NCBI GenBank assembly: GCA_048938005.1
Contig: JBHLMQ010000027.1
Span: 16,772-41,775 of the forward strand
Length of the DNA: 25,004 nucleotides
Reading direction: 5' to 3'
Source of the DNA: Promethearchaeota archaeon
GTDB lineage: Archaea > Asgardarchaeota > Lokiarchaeia > Sigyniarchaeales > SOKP01
Below are positions 9,871 to 18,209 of the stretch, piece by piece. A program made the translations under genes and the position numbers. How positions within the stretch are numbered: position 1 is the first letter of the stretch; every line of letters starts with the position of its first letter. Below the pieces are notes generated by a model. That model was not told the origin of the DNA. It ran no database searches and saw nothing but the letters and a program-made list of their open reading frames with translations.

Positions 9871-9905
9871 GAACATTGATTAAAATATAAAAACTTTATC
9901 CGAAT

Positions 9906-10061
9906 TCATTGAGATTTTTTTATATCTCTATACTCCTTAGTTATTAAAAATCTAATTATTTCGGTTATATTTTTTATTCCATGATAATCTTTGATAGATT
10001 CTAACTTATCAAATATTTCATTTTCTAGAGAAATATGAAATTCATGTTTTTCATTTTCCAT
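9906..10061 (-). CDS. Small ribbon-helix-helix (CopG/Arc/MetJ-like) DNA-binding protein, 51 aa (not in ORF track)
   Basis: Manual translation gives MENEKHEFHISLENEIFDKLESIKDYHGIKNITEIIRFLITKEYRDIKKSQ*. It shows an alternating beta-strand (EFHISL), helix A, a Gly turn and helix B (NITEIIRFLI). Confidence 0.75.
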   Translation of the reverse strand: MENEKHEFHISLENEIFDKLESIKDYHGIKNITEIIRFLITKEYRDIKKSQ

Positions 10062-10105
10062 TAATAATGATTTTAATAGTTTTATTTAATAATTTTACTA
10101 TATTT

Positions 10106-10142
10106 TGGATTTTTTGTGGATATTATTGGATGTAAAATGGAT
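10106..10142. promoter_or_regulatory. Four helically phased TGGAT direct repeats (putative RHH operator)
   Basis: TGGAT starts at 10106, 10117, 10127 and 10138 (spacing 11, 10, 11), 45-80 bp upstream of the RHH start. Confidence 0.55.
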
Positions 10143-10345
10143 AATTTTATATATGAGTTTGCCATTAGTAAAATTTGAGAAAAAAGTATTATAGGTTACT
10201 AGCATCTATAACAACAGATTTTCACCTCAATAACTTTCGATATTCCAGTACTGAGGACCTAAATTCTATCAACTCTCTTAATTCATATTGAATAGAAAAA
10301 AGGTATTTTGAAATAAATATAACTTTTAAATGAAATTTTAAAAAA

Positions 10346-11317
10346 ATGGTTGAAATAATATTAGCAGTATTAGGCTTAATCATTGGACTGACTCTTATTA
10401 TTTTTTCAAGTATACATGCAGTTAGACATTCCGCTATTCTTGCAGCTGCACTTGGGATTTCACCCTTAATAATTGGAGTAACTTTAGTCTCTATTGGTAC
10501 AGATATTTCTGAAATTTTTAATTCCATTGTATCATGTTCTTTAGGCCATGGAGATATAGATGTAGGTGATTCTGTGGGGTCAGATCTTACCCAACTTACT
10601 CTAATATTTGGTCTATTACCACTAATTACTGGGATAATTTATGTTCATAGGAAAGACATTATCATTTTAGGTGCATGTGAAATTTTATCACTAATATTGA
10701 TTTATACTGTTGTTGAAAAATGGTATATTACAAGATTAGACGCGATTCTTATGGTTGGAAGCTTAGGTATCTATATTTGGCTTATCTATAATACTAATAA
10801 GGAAAGTATTTTACAAAGAGTGGAAATGATTGAAAAAATAAAATCTCCAAAGAGTAAAAAATATCATTTGCTTATCGCTGTATTAGGATTTGGAGGTGTA
10901 ACAATAGCAGCTTATATAATTGTTAACTCTGTTATAGTTATTTCAAGGGCTTTAAATATTCACGAATATATCATAAGTTTCTTTATAGTTGCGGTGGGCA
11001 CCTCGCTACCTGAGTTGGCAGTTGATATTAATGCATTAAGATTGGGGCATCACCAAATCGCTATTGGAGATATTGTTGGTTCTTGTATTGTAGATTCAAC
11101 ACTTTCTATTGGTATAGGGCAAATAATTTTCCCACAAGACTGGTATGGGGGGGTAACAGCATCTCTAGCTGTCCCTACAGTCTTATATACTTTAATTGCT
11201 AGTTTCATAGTCTTTATAACAATTGCAGCAAGAAAGAAAATCGATAAAAAGGCAGGAATTCTATTTATATCAATTTATTTTATATCTTATATATTCCTAT
11301 TTTCTTTTTGGATATAG
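10346..11317 (+). CDS. Sodium/calcium exchanger family (CaCA, YrbG-like) antiporter
   Basis: About 10 TM segments, alpha-repeats SIGTDISE...GDSVGSD and AVGTSLPE...GDIVGS. Confidence 0.88.
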   Translation: MVEIILAVLGLIIGLTLIIFSSIHAVRHSAILAAALGISPLIIGVTLVSIGTDISEIFNSIVSCSLGHGDIDVGDSVGSDLTQLTLIFGLLPLITGIIYVHRKDIIILGACEILSLILIYTVVEKWYITRLDAILMVGSLGIYIWLIYNTNKESILQRVEMIEKIKSPKSKKYHLLIAVLGFGGVTIAAYIIVNSVIVISRALNIHEYIISFFIVAVGTSLPELAVDINALRLGHHQIAIGDIVGSCIVDSTLSIGIGQIIFPQDWYGGVTASLAVPTVLYTLIASFIVFITIAARKKIDKKAGILFISIYFISYIFLFSFWI

Positions 11318-11343
11318 ATGTATTTTTTTTCTTGAAAATAGCT

Positions 11344-11691
11344 CTAAATTGGCATATAAAATTTACATAAGATACATTGATTTGCCCTTAATCTCCGTTC
11401 CGGACCCAAAATAATAAGTCTTTCATTCATATCTCCCCCACATTTGGGGCAACTTTTAGCAAAATTTTCTCTAATTGAATTTAATACCTTTTGTATTCCT
11501 TTTTCTAAATTTATTAATTCTTTAGCGTTTTGAATTATTTTATTAGCAGAGATCATACCAATACCTTTAATCCATGCCAATTCTTCTGGTTTAGATTTGG
11601 TAATTTCTTCTATTGTTTTAACACCCGCATTTATTAACCTTTCCGCAGCTGTTGGACCAATTCCTCTTACTCTTATCAATTCTTCAATCAT
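11344..11691 (-). CDS. Helix-hairpin-helix + Zn-ribbon protein
   Basis: Tandem HhH motifs VRGIGPTAAERL and IKGIGMISANKI, followed by C-terminal CPKC...CILC. Confidence 0.8.
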   Translation of the reverse strand: MIEELIRVRGIGPTAAERLINAGVKTIEEITKSKPEELAWIKGIGMISANKIIQNAKELINLEKGIQKVLNSIRENFAKSCPKCGGDMNERLIILGPERRLRANQCILCKFYMPI

Positions 11692-11861
11692 GAATGATCC
11701 ACAAATTATAAATTTAGAAAGAATAATTAATGATATAAGTAAATTAAACCTAAAAGCTTATTCTGAATCTATTATTTCAACTTTTTATATAATATAATGT
11801 TAATTAGGTAAAATAAAATTTAAGTTGATAAAATTAAAATAAAAATAAAAAAATTAGGAAT

Positions 11862-12587
11862 TTATTTCTCTAATTGACGCCCAACACCGATATACATTAA
11901 ATATCCTCCAATAATTCCTAAGATTACACCGATTGCACCTACTACCGTCCTTACTATATCAATGTTTAATAAATTTGAAAAGAATATTGCATACATAAAT
12001 CCAATTAATGCACAAACGCCAAGTATAAAGAATTTCCATTTCTTTTTTAACTGTTCATCTTCAAATTTATTATAAATTCGAAATGAGAAATACATTAACG
12101 GTACAATTGTAAATATTGAAACACCTAAGATCACATAGAGAAAGAAAGGTAGGTGCCATACTGGTTGCCATTTTGGGTTAAGACTGACCCCCCATCCTGT
12201 TCCAGCTAACACAAAAAAGATCATGCAAAACATATAAATACCATATCCGATAAATATCAGCAGTTGTTTAGTTGTAGTGATTACTTTTTCTGATTTTAAT
12301 AAAATTAAATCAAAAACAACGAAAAATATTGGAGAATAAAAAACACCAAAATTAGTAAAGAAATTTAAGATTAGTACAACTTGCACGTCCGCAATCGGGC
12401 CATAAATAAAATTAAAAATGGTGCCTACTACAGTAGATAAATAAAATCCAGAGAATATTAAATTTAATCTCTTCCTATCTCGCTTTAGAACTCGATATGC
12501 TAAATAAGCAAACCATACACAAACTAGTCCTTGTGCACCATAAATCGTTACTAATCGTATAGGATCATCCAATGGGCCCTGAAACAT
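11862..12587 (-). CDS. Stand-alone seven-TM membrane protein (HisKA_7TM-like sensor architecture)
   Basis: Seven hydrophobic segments by eye, basic loops after TM1 (KRDRKR) and TM5 (KKKWK), no soluble output domain. Confidence 0.75.
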   Translation of the reverse strand: MFQGPLDDPIRLVTIYGAQGLVCVWFAYLAYRVLKRDRKRLNLIFSGFYLSTVVGTIFNFIYGPIADVQVVLILNFFTNFGVFYSPIFFVVFDLILLKSEKVITTTKQLLIFIGYGIYMFCMIFFVLAGTGWGVSLNPKWQPVWHLPFFLYVILGVSIFTIVPLMYFSFRIYNKFEDEQLKKKWKFFILGVCALIGFMYAIFFSNLLNIDIVRTVVGAIGVILGIIGGYLMYIGVGRQLEK

Positions 12588-12909
12588 AAAATTTCACGTC
12601 AAATCAGTTATTTAGTTTTATTATTAAAATTTGTTATAGTATTTATTTATCCTTTTATATTTATTATTGTTGCTATTTTCTTATAAAAAAAATCTACATC
12701 TCAGTCTATTAAAGACCTGATAAAGCAATATTTACTCGAGCTAACGTCCTGCACCATGATATATTAGATATAACGATATAAGTGTAGTTTTATACTTTAA
12801 AACTTAATGAATTAAGTCTATTTTTAGTATTATTAGAATGTATTATTGAAATTGGGTAGGATTATAATAAAAATTAAAAAAGAAAATAAGTTTTAAATCT
12901 AAGCATAAA

Positions 12910-13104
12910 TTATTTTTCACGCCACTCTTGACCACATCTTCCGCACCTATATTTACGACCGTATACCCTGGGGTAGTCGCTTATGATATTTGTTTTATCT
13001 GTTGATTCATGAATCATATTCTTATTTTCTTCCCCACAACTAGGACATTTCCTACGTCCTTCATTTCTCTCAATTGTTAGTATCTGGTCTGGCTCTTCTC
13101 CCAT
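12910..13104 (-). CDS. Small Zn-ribbon protein (64 aa)
   Basis: CPSCG...CGRCGQEW, with purine-rich GAAGGA upstream of the ATG. Confidence 0.78.
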   Translation of the reverse strand: MGEEPDQILTIERNEGRRKCPSCGEENKNMIHESTDKTNIISDYPRVYGRKYRCGRCGQEWREK

Positions 13105-13136
13105 TTTACATCCTTCAACTCATAATTTATTATTTT

Positions 13137-13161
13137 TTTTGGATAAAAAGATCATCCAAAA
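13137..13161. promoter_or_regulatory. Inverted repeat TTTTGGAT-N9-ATCCAAAA upstream of the Zn-ribbon gene
   Basis: Perfect 8-bp arms 33-57 bp upstream of the start codon. Confidence 0.4.
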
Positions 13162-13293
13162 TAGCATTTTTTCAGATTATATTTTAATTTGTATTATATA
13201 GTTTTTATAACTTTTCGATTTTGTTTCTTTTTCTATTGAAATTATTTATATCTCTTTTAAAAACAACTTAATTTCAATTTAATTTAGATAGTT

Positions 13294-13899
13294 TTATAAC
13301 TCCTCTAAAAGTTTTTTTCCATAATCTTTTGCCGTCTCGAATAATTCTGGACTCGAAAATTGAAATCTTAAAATGAAGTCGTTTAATATTGTATTATAAA
13401 TCTCGTTTATATCTCTGTTTTTATTAAATATTTCAAAGCAGTATATCAAATTCAAATCCTTTGTAGTTTTTTCTAATTGAAATCTACTCATTTTAAAATT
13501 TTTGGGAGGAGTACTACTGAATATTTGTACGATATCCATTCCAACCAAAACAGATATTCCTTGGAATGAGAAAGTTTCAATAAATTCTTGCATCAAATGC
13601 TTGTTAATAGTATTGATTGATTCTGGTTCATATAAATTTAAAGTGATAATTAAGGCATCGAGCTTATTTATCTGTTCGAAATTAGATATCAAATCATCAA
13701 GATTCTCTGCAAAGAATATTTTGATCTTAATCGGAATTTGTTTGAAGACTATTAAAAATTCATAATTATCATCAGAAAGTTCTGACATTACGGCAGATCT
13801 ACTTAATTTATCAACAAAAATTTCCCTTATAGACGCGTTATTACCAATGATTCCAATCCGCAAACTATAACTAATTTTCTTCAATAGATTTCTTTCCAA
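13294..13899 (-). CDS. Degenerate small GTPase-fold (Rab/Ras-like) protein
   Basis: Strand/helix order of small GTPases is kept (LRIGIIG, IKIKIF, DALIITLNL..PES, SVLVG, CFEI..INEIY), but G1, G3, G4 and G5 motifs are lost. TTG start. Confidence 0.7.
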   Translation of the reverse strand: MERNLLKKISYSLRIGIIGNNASIREIFVDKLSRSAVMSELSDDNYEFLIVFKQIPIKIKIFFAENLDDLISNFEQINKLDALIITLNLYEPESINTINKHLMQEFIETFSFQGISVLVGMDIVQIFSSTPPKNFKMSRFQLEKTTKDLNLIYCFEIFNKNRDINEIYNTILNDFILRFQFSSPELFETAKDYGKKLLEEL

Positions 13900-14010
13900 A
13901 AATAATTATTATTGTATTTAATTTTCTAGTATTAAATTATTTTAATAAATCATTTTAGTTGAATTTTTTTTTTAAAAAATGATTAAAGAATTGTCATTTT
14001 TTGATTTTAA

Positions 14011-14937
14011 ATGCTACGTAATTATTTAGAATTAATTTTTATGGTCATTATCTGGAGCTTTTCTTTTGTAATTGTGGATATCGCTGTAGAATTCATCCCA
14101 CCTTTATCAATCGCGCTATATCGATTTTTAATTGCCTCATGCACATTTCTGATAATTGATCTTTATATTAAATTAAATAAAAAAAAAAGAGTAATAGAGA
14201 AAAATGATGAGATCAAACCCAAGAAATTTTCACAAAATGATTGGCTTTTAATTGTACTCGCAAGTTTTACAGGAGTTTCATTATTTTTTCTTGCTCAATA
14301 TTCTGCAATTGAAATTATTGGTCCATCTCTTCCCGCTTTATTTGTATGCTTAATAACACCTGTTATTATAACGATTTTAGCTATACTATTTTTTAAGGAA
14401 AAATTAAATAAATTAAAAATAATTGGATTTATAATTGCTACCATAGGAGGATTTCTATTAGTTACAGGAGGTAACATTAGTACTCTTACACCTGAATCTG
14501 CTAACTTCTTAGGATACTTATTTGCTTTAATGACACCATTATTATGGGCAGTTTATTCAACAGCAACTAAACAAATATCTAAAAGTAGGTCAAGTATGAG
14601 CATAAATAAATATGTTGCTTATATTGGTACAGTTGAACTTTCTCTTTTTGTTTTAATTAATGGTGAGTTTGGAATCTTCATTGAAAACTTTATGAATGTT
14701 CCATTATTTCTCTGTGCCTTGTATTTAGGGTTTGGCTGTTATGTAGTAGGTTATTTTATTTGGCAAAATTCGCAAAAGGAGTTAAAGTCATCTAAGGTTG
14801 CCTCTTTTTTATATATTGAGCCGTTTCTTACACTTTTATTTTCATTATTACTTCAAAGAAGTGAAACTATAGTCTTATGGAATATAGTAGGAGGCATTAT
14901 AGTCTTAATTGCTGTTCTTGTTATAAATTATAAATAA
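14011..14937 (+). CDS. DMT/EamA family transporter
   Basis: 10 TM segments in two EamA repeats: IWSFSF, YRF, FFKEKL, WAVYS, YIEP. Confidence 0.9.
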   Translation: MLRNYLELIFMVIIWSFSFVIVDIAVEFIPPLSIALYRFLIASCTFLIIDLYIKLNKKKRVIEKNDEIKPKKFSQNDWLLIVLASFTGVSLFFLAQYSAIEIIGPSLPALFVCLITPVIITILAILFFKEKLNKLKIIGFIIATIGGFLLVTGGNISTLTPESANFLGYLFALMTPLLWAVYSTATKQISKSRSSMSINKYVAYIGTVELSLFVLINGEFGIFIENFMNVPLFLCALYLGFGCYVVGYFIWQNSQKELKSSKVASFLYIEPFLTLLFSLLLQRSETIVLWNIVGGIIVLIAVLVINYK

Positions 14938-14961
14938 AAAAAAGAAAATCTATTATCAATA

Positions 14962-15714
14962 TTATTCTAATCTGAGTATCTTTTTCATCCAATTAGGCAT
15001 AATGAAACCGATATAGTAAAATGTACTAGAGAGCATCAAAATAGTTCTAAAAATGACCAAAGTAAAAGGATTCAATGGTAAGAATCCATCTCCTATTCCT
15101 CCTATTGCAAATAAATTGAATGATAATATTAAGAATCTCCCCTTCCATTTTATCACAGGATTGTCTTTTACTTTAAGTGAAGCAATCGAAAAATCATTCC
15201 CTGTAATAGTACTAACAAGTAGAGAGAATGCTAGAAATCCTAATACAAATCCCTTATAATCAATATCAATTGCATTTCTTTTAATACCTATAAATATTGA
15301 GTTTGTTGGATCACCAAATGCAAAGAGAGATACAAATAGATATATATAGAATACTATTGAAATAACTATTGTAATTATAGTCACAAGATTTTTCTGATTT
15401 GGATGTAAAGCTGGCATATAAATCTGAAGCCAAGAATATAGAGCGATAGGGACTCCTATCGTTCCTAATAGAACATATGCGGGATACACAATTTCCTGAG
15501 ATGTAATCAACCAATAAATATATCCTAAACCGCTAGGATACCATGGAGACATTGTAAATATAACTGCTAGGAAGAAATAAAATAACATCTTTTCTTTCGT
15601 CTTAATATATTTATAGAGAACCATTCCACCATATAACCAAGCTATAGCAACACCTAAAAATCCAAAAATTCCAGATAAATGCAACTCAACGTCGATGATT
15701 GACATAATTTTCAC
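14962..15714 (-). CDS. Stand-alone seven-TM membrane protein
   Basis: Seven hydrophobic segments, KWKGRFL before TM6, C-terminal GFIMPNWMKK. Start is GTG 15714 or ATG 15705. Confidence 0.75.
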   Translation of the reverse strand: MKIMSIIDVELHLSGIFGFLGVAIAWLYGGMVLYKYIKTKEKMLFYFFLAVIFTMSPWYPSGLGYIYWLITSQEIVYPAYVLLGTIGVPIALYSWLQIYMPALHPNQKNLVTIITIVISIVFYIYLFVSLFAFGDPTNSIFIGIKRNAIDIDYKGFVLGFLAFSLLVSTITGNDFSIASLKVKDNPVIKWKGRFLILSFNLFAIGGIGDGFLPLNPFTLVIFRTILMLSSTFYYIGFIMPNWMKKILRLE

Positions 15715-15902
15715 ACTTTTTGAGATTTTAATTTTTCAATTAAAACATTCTTATGTTTTTTTATGAATAAATATAGTTAATAAAATGATTTTATTCTATT
15801 TACCAATATACTAATAACCATCTATTTAACAAAAAAACATATATAGATATTATTTATAAAAAAATTATTCAAATATTATCAAAATTTTAAGGTGAAAATA
15901 AA

Positions 15903-16391
15903 ATTCCTCGGCGTTATTATGCCAAATCGAAGAAAACTTATGCAAAAGATCAAACCTTTGAACAAGATCAAGTAGGAGAGGAAAAAGAACGCTATCTAAT
16001 CAGTATAGAATTGATGAGCTTAAAGACTTTAAAAGATTACGATATTTTTGGATGGCGTGGAGAATTTTACTTTAAGGTAGATGGACCTAAAATGTTCAAG
16101 GCCCGATGGCCAAATAAGGGTACCATCAAATTACAAAGGAATCAAGAATTCACAAGTAAGGCTGATATGTCACTATGGAGCCAATTTAAAACAATTCACG
16201 TAGATGATCCCAATGTACAAAAGATAAAAGTAATCCTAAGAGAAAGGGATCACATGAAAAAGGATCATACTGTTTGTGAACAAGAATTTGAAATAAAGCT
16301 ACCTTCAAAAACACAATATGTTATTTTACAGGATGAAAAAGAAAATACTAAGGCTAAACTTCGAATTCAGGCAACAAGAACCAGATATTAA
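15903..16391 (+). CDS. C2-domain-like protein, probably 162 aa from a non-canonical ATT start
   Basis: The frame is open from 15891. AAGGTGA (15889-15895) precedes ATT 15903, giving MPRRYYAKS... C2-like loops DYDIFGWRGEFYFKV and VILRERDHMKKDHTVC are present. The ORF-track start (TTG 16011) cuts the first predicted beta-strand. Confidence 0.6.
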   Translation: MPRRYYAKSKKTYAKDQTFEQDQVGEEKERYLISIELMSLKTLKDYDIFGWRGEFYFKVDGPKMFKARWPNKGTIKLQRNQEFTSKADMSLWSQFKTIHVDDPNVQKIKVILRERDHMKKDHTVCEQEFEIKLPSKTQYVILQDEKENTKAKLRIQATRTRY

Positions 16392-16485
16392 AATTTTATT
16401 AATACTTCTCTTTTTTTTATTTTTTACGATAAGATAAATTTCTCATATTCAGAACTACATGGATGATTATCAGTAACCCAAAATT
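16287..16485 (+). repeat. Left copy of the duplicated C2-tail/intergenic/C45-tail junction; 16435-16485 is identical to 18714-18764
   Basis: 16287-16391 vs 18571-18675 shows 19 differences in 105 nt. The 51-bp core TAAATTTCTCATATTCAGAACTACATGGATGATTATCAGTAACCCAAAATT is identical in both copies. Confidence 0.92.
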
Positions 16486-16706
16486 AAATCAACTCTTTCT
16501 CGAGATGTTGAGCATGTAAAGATCGCAGGAATAGCTCATACGATTTTATCTGCAGCAAAAAAAGTAATATCTTAGACTAAAAACGGTAATTTTAATCAGC
16601 TATCAATAAAAGGTTCTGAAGGTTGTCTTCTTGGTTATTCGTTGAGCCGAACAGGATTCTAATGGTTGTTTCCTATAAAGAAATAGCTCTTGATTCAACA
16701 TTTTGA
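16486..16706 (+). pseudogene. Roadblock/LC7 (MglB-like) pseudogene, 5'-truncated
   Basis: KSTLSRDVEHVKIAGIAHTILSAAKKVIS*TKNGNFNQLSIKGSEGCLL, then a frameshift near 16635, then LFVEPNRILMVVSYKEIALDSTF*. This follows the roadblock pattern S.L...vd..riAa....lls.a......G.f.ql.IkG..Gyll. Confidence 0.75.
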
Positions 16707-16845
16707 ATATTTTATGGATAACGCTTTAAATTCTTACCTGGAATTGTACCTAACTTTTACAATTTGCTTTTTAAAGCAATCCATATTAATTAGAAGTACT
16801 ATATTCTGAAATTTTTTATCAAAATATTATGATGTAATAAAAAAA

Positions 16846-18159
16846 TTATTGAAAATGTTTTTTCATTCCAAATAGTTGGATAATAATAATAGAAAATAGT
16901 ACTATTCCAAAACTAATTAACTCGAAACCAGAAATGGCTTCATTATCACGTGGAAGTTCTAATTCTAAATTTTTTATTATAAACGCATCATTCATAGTAA
17001 CTCCTGGTGTATATCCAACCATATATACATTTCCATTTTCATTAGCTATAACATCTTTTCCAACATTATTGCCTGAAATTGAGCCTTCCCATGTCCCAAA
17101 TCCTAGTAGAGTACCATTACAATCATAATTTATTAATAACGCAGAACTTTCGGGGTAGTCTCCTTCCTTGGATCCTGCAATATAAATATTTGTATTATCT
17201 TCCAACGTTATTCCTTGAGCTATTGAAGCCATATACTGAAAATTTTTACTCCACACTACAGAGCCGAAAGGATTATATTTTCTTACAAATAACAACCTAT
17301 TTGAAAACACTCCATAATAACCTGTTACGTAAATATTACCAAAGTCGTCTACGACAACATCACTGGCTTGTCCACCATAATATGAAGGAAAACTCCATGT
17401 TTTATTCCAAAGTTGTAAACTAGTAATTGCGTTAAGACTTAAAATTAAGGGTTCATTCTCCCCAGTTGCTTGGTTAAAAAATTGACCTACAATATAAATT
17501 AAATCTTCAAATGAGCTTATTCCAAAAACAATCTTCCTGACTGTATTTTTTTGGCCAAAGGTTACATTCCAAACTTCATTTCCATTTGCGTCAAGTTTTA
17601 GGAGAAAGTATTTATAATTAGATCCATAAGCCATCTCTCCAGTGACATAGAAATTCCCGCTTTGACTTAATACCATATCCTGCACATAACACCCAGTAGC
17701 ATCTTCTTTAAACCATGTTTTATTCCAGAGATAATTTCCTCCATTATCATATTTTATCAACATAAATTCAGATCTAAAAAGACTCGGATTATAATAATCA
17801 TTAGCCACATAAATTTCTGTTCCATTAACTGCAAGTGCCCTAAACCAATCTTGGCTACCACCGTTTAGAGTAGCATTCCAAAGTTGGTTTCCAAATTCGT
17901 CAAATTTTGTTATAAATAGGTCCATAGTTGTATTGCTGGAAATTCCTCCAAATATAATATTATCATTATCATCAATCCCAACATCTATAGCCATATCATC
18001 TCTGTCATCAAATCTACTCCATATTGAAACCCAATCATAACTTGAAGAGAGATTAATGATTTGATTTTGTGGTTCTTTCCCTAATAAAGTAGGTGTTATC
18101 AATAATATTCCAATTAAAGATAATAATAACGTTTTTAATAATATTTTTTCAATTTTCAT
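16846..18159 (-). CDS. Secreted beta-propeller (SBBP-like repeat) surface protein with Loki-CTERM/PGF-CTERM-like anchor
   Basis: N-terminal signal peptide, repeats such as DVVVDDFGNIYVTG, LFITKFDEFGNQLWN and FLLKLDANGNEVWN, many N-x-S/T sequons, and a C-terminal ISGF + TM helix + KK. Confidence 0.85.
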   Translation of the reverse strand: MKIEKILLKTLLLSLIGILLITPTLLGKEPQNQIINLSSSYDWVSIWSRFDDRDDMAIDVGIDDNDNIIFGGISSNTTMDLFITKFDEFGNQLWNATLNGGSQDWFRALAVNGTEIYVANDYYNPSLFRSEFMLIKYDNGGNYLWNKTWFKEDATGCYVQDMVLSQSGNFYVTGEMAYGSNYKYFLLKLDANGNEVWNVTFGQKNTVRKIVFGISSFEDLIYIVGQFFNQATGENEPLILSLNAITSLQLWNKTWSFPSYYGGQASDVVVDDFGNIYVTGYYGVFSNRLLFVRKYNPFGSVVWSKNFQYMASIAQGITLEDNTNIYIAGSKEGDYPESSALLINYDCNGTLLGFGTWEGSISGNNVGKDVIANENGNVYMVGYTPGVTMNDAFIIKNLELELPRDNEAISGFELISFGIVLFSIIIIQLFGMKKHFQ

Positions 18160-18209
18160 AATTAACTATTTGAAATTAAAACTATAAAAAGGATTACTTC
18201 TGAATTTTT

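Noticed and set aside
10128-10140. 13-mer GGATGTAAAATGG also present as reverse complement at 13101-13113
   Set aside because: Such matches are expected by chance in 25 kb of AT-rich DNA, and the second copy is simply the RBS plus ATG of the Zn-ribbon gene.
12717-12748. Hammerhead ribozyme core (CTGATAA..CGAG)
   Set aside because: It deviates from CUGANGA and GAAA, and stem II is mismatched on this strand.
16573-16575. Pyrrolysine/readthrough of TAG in the roadblock frame
   Set aside because: The same fragment lacks its 5' end and has a frameshift, so decay is the simpler explanation.
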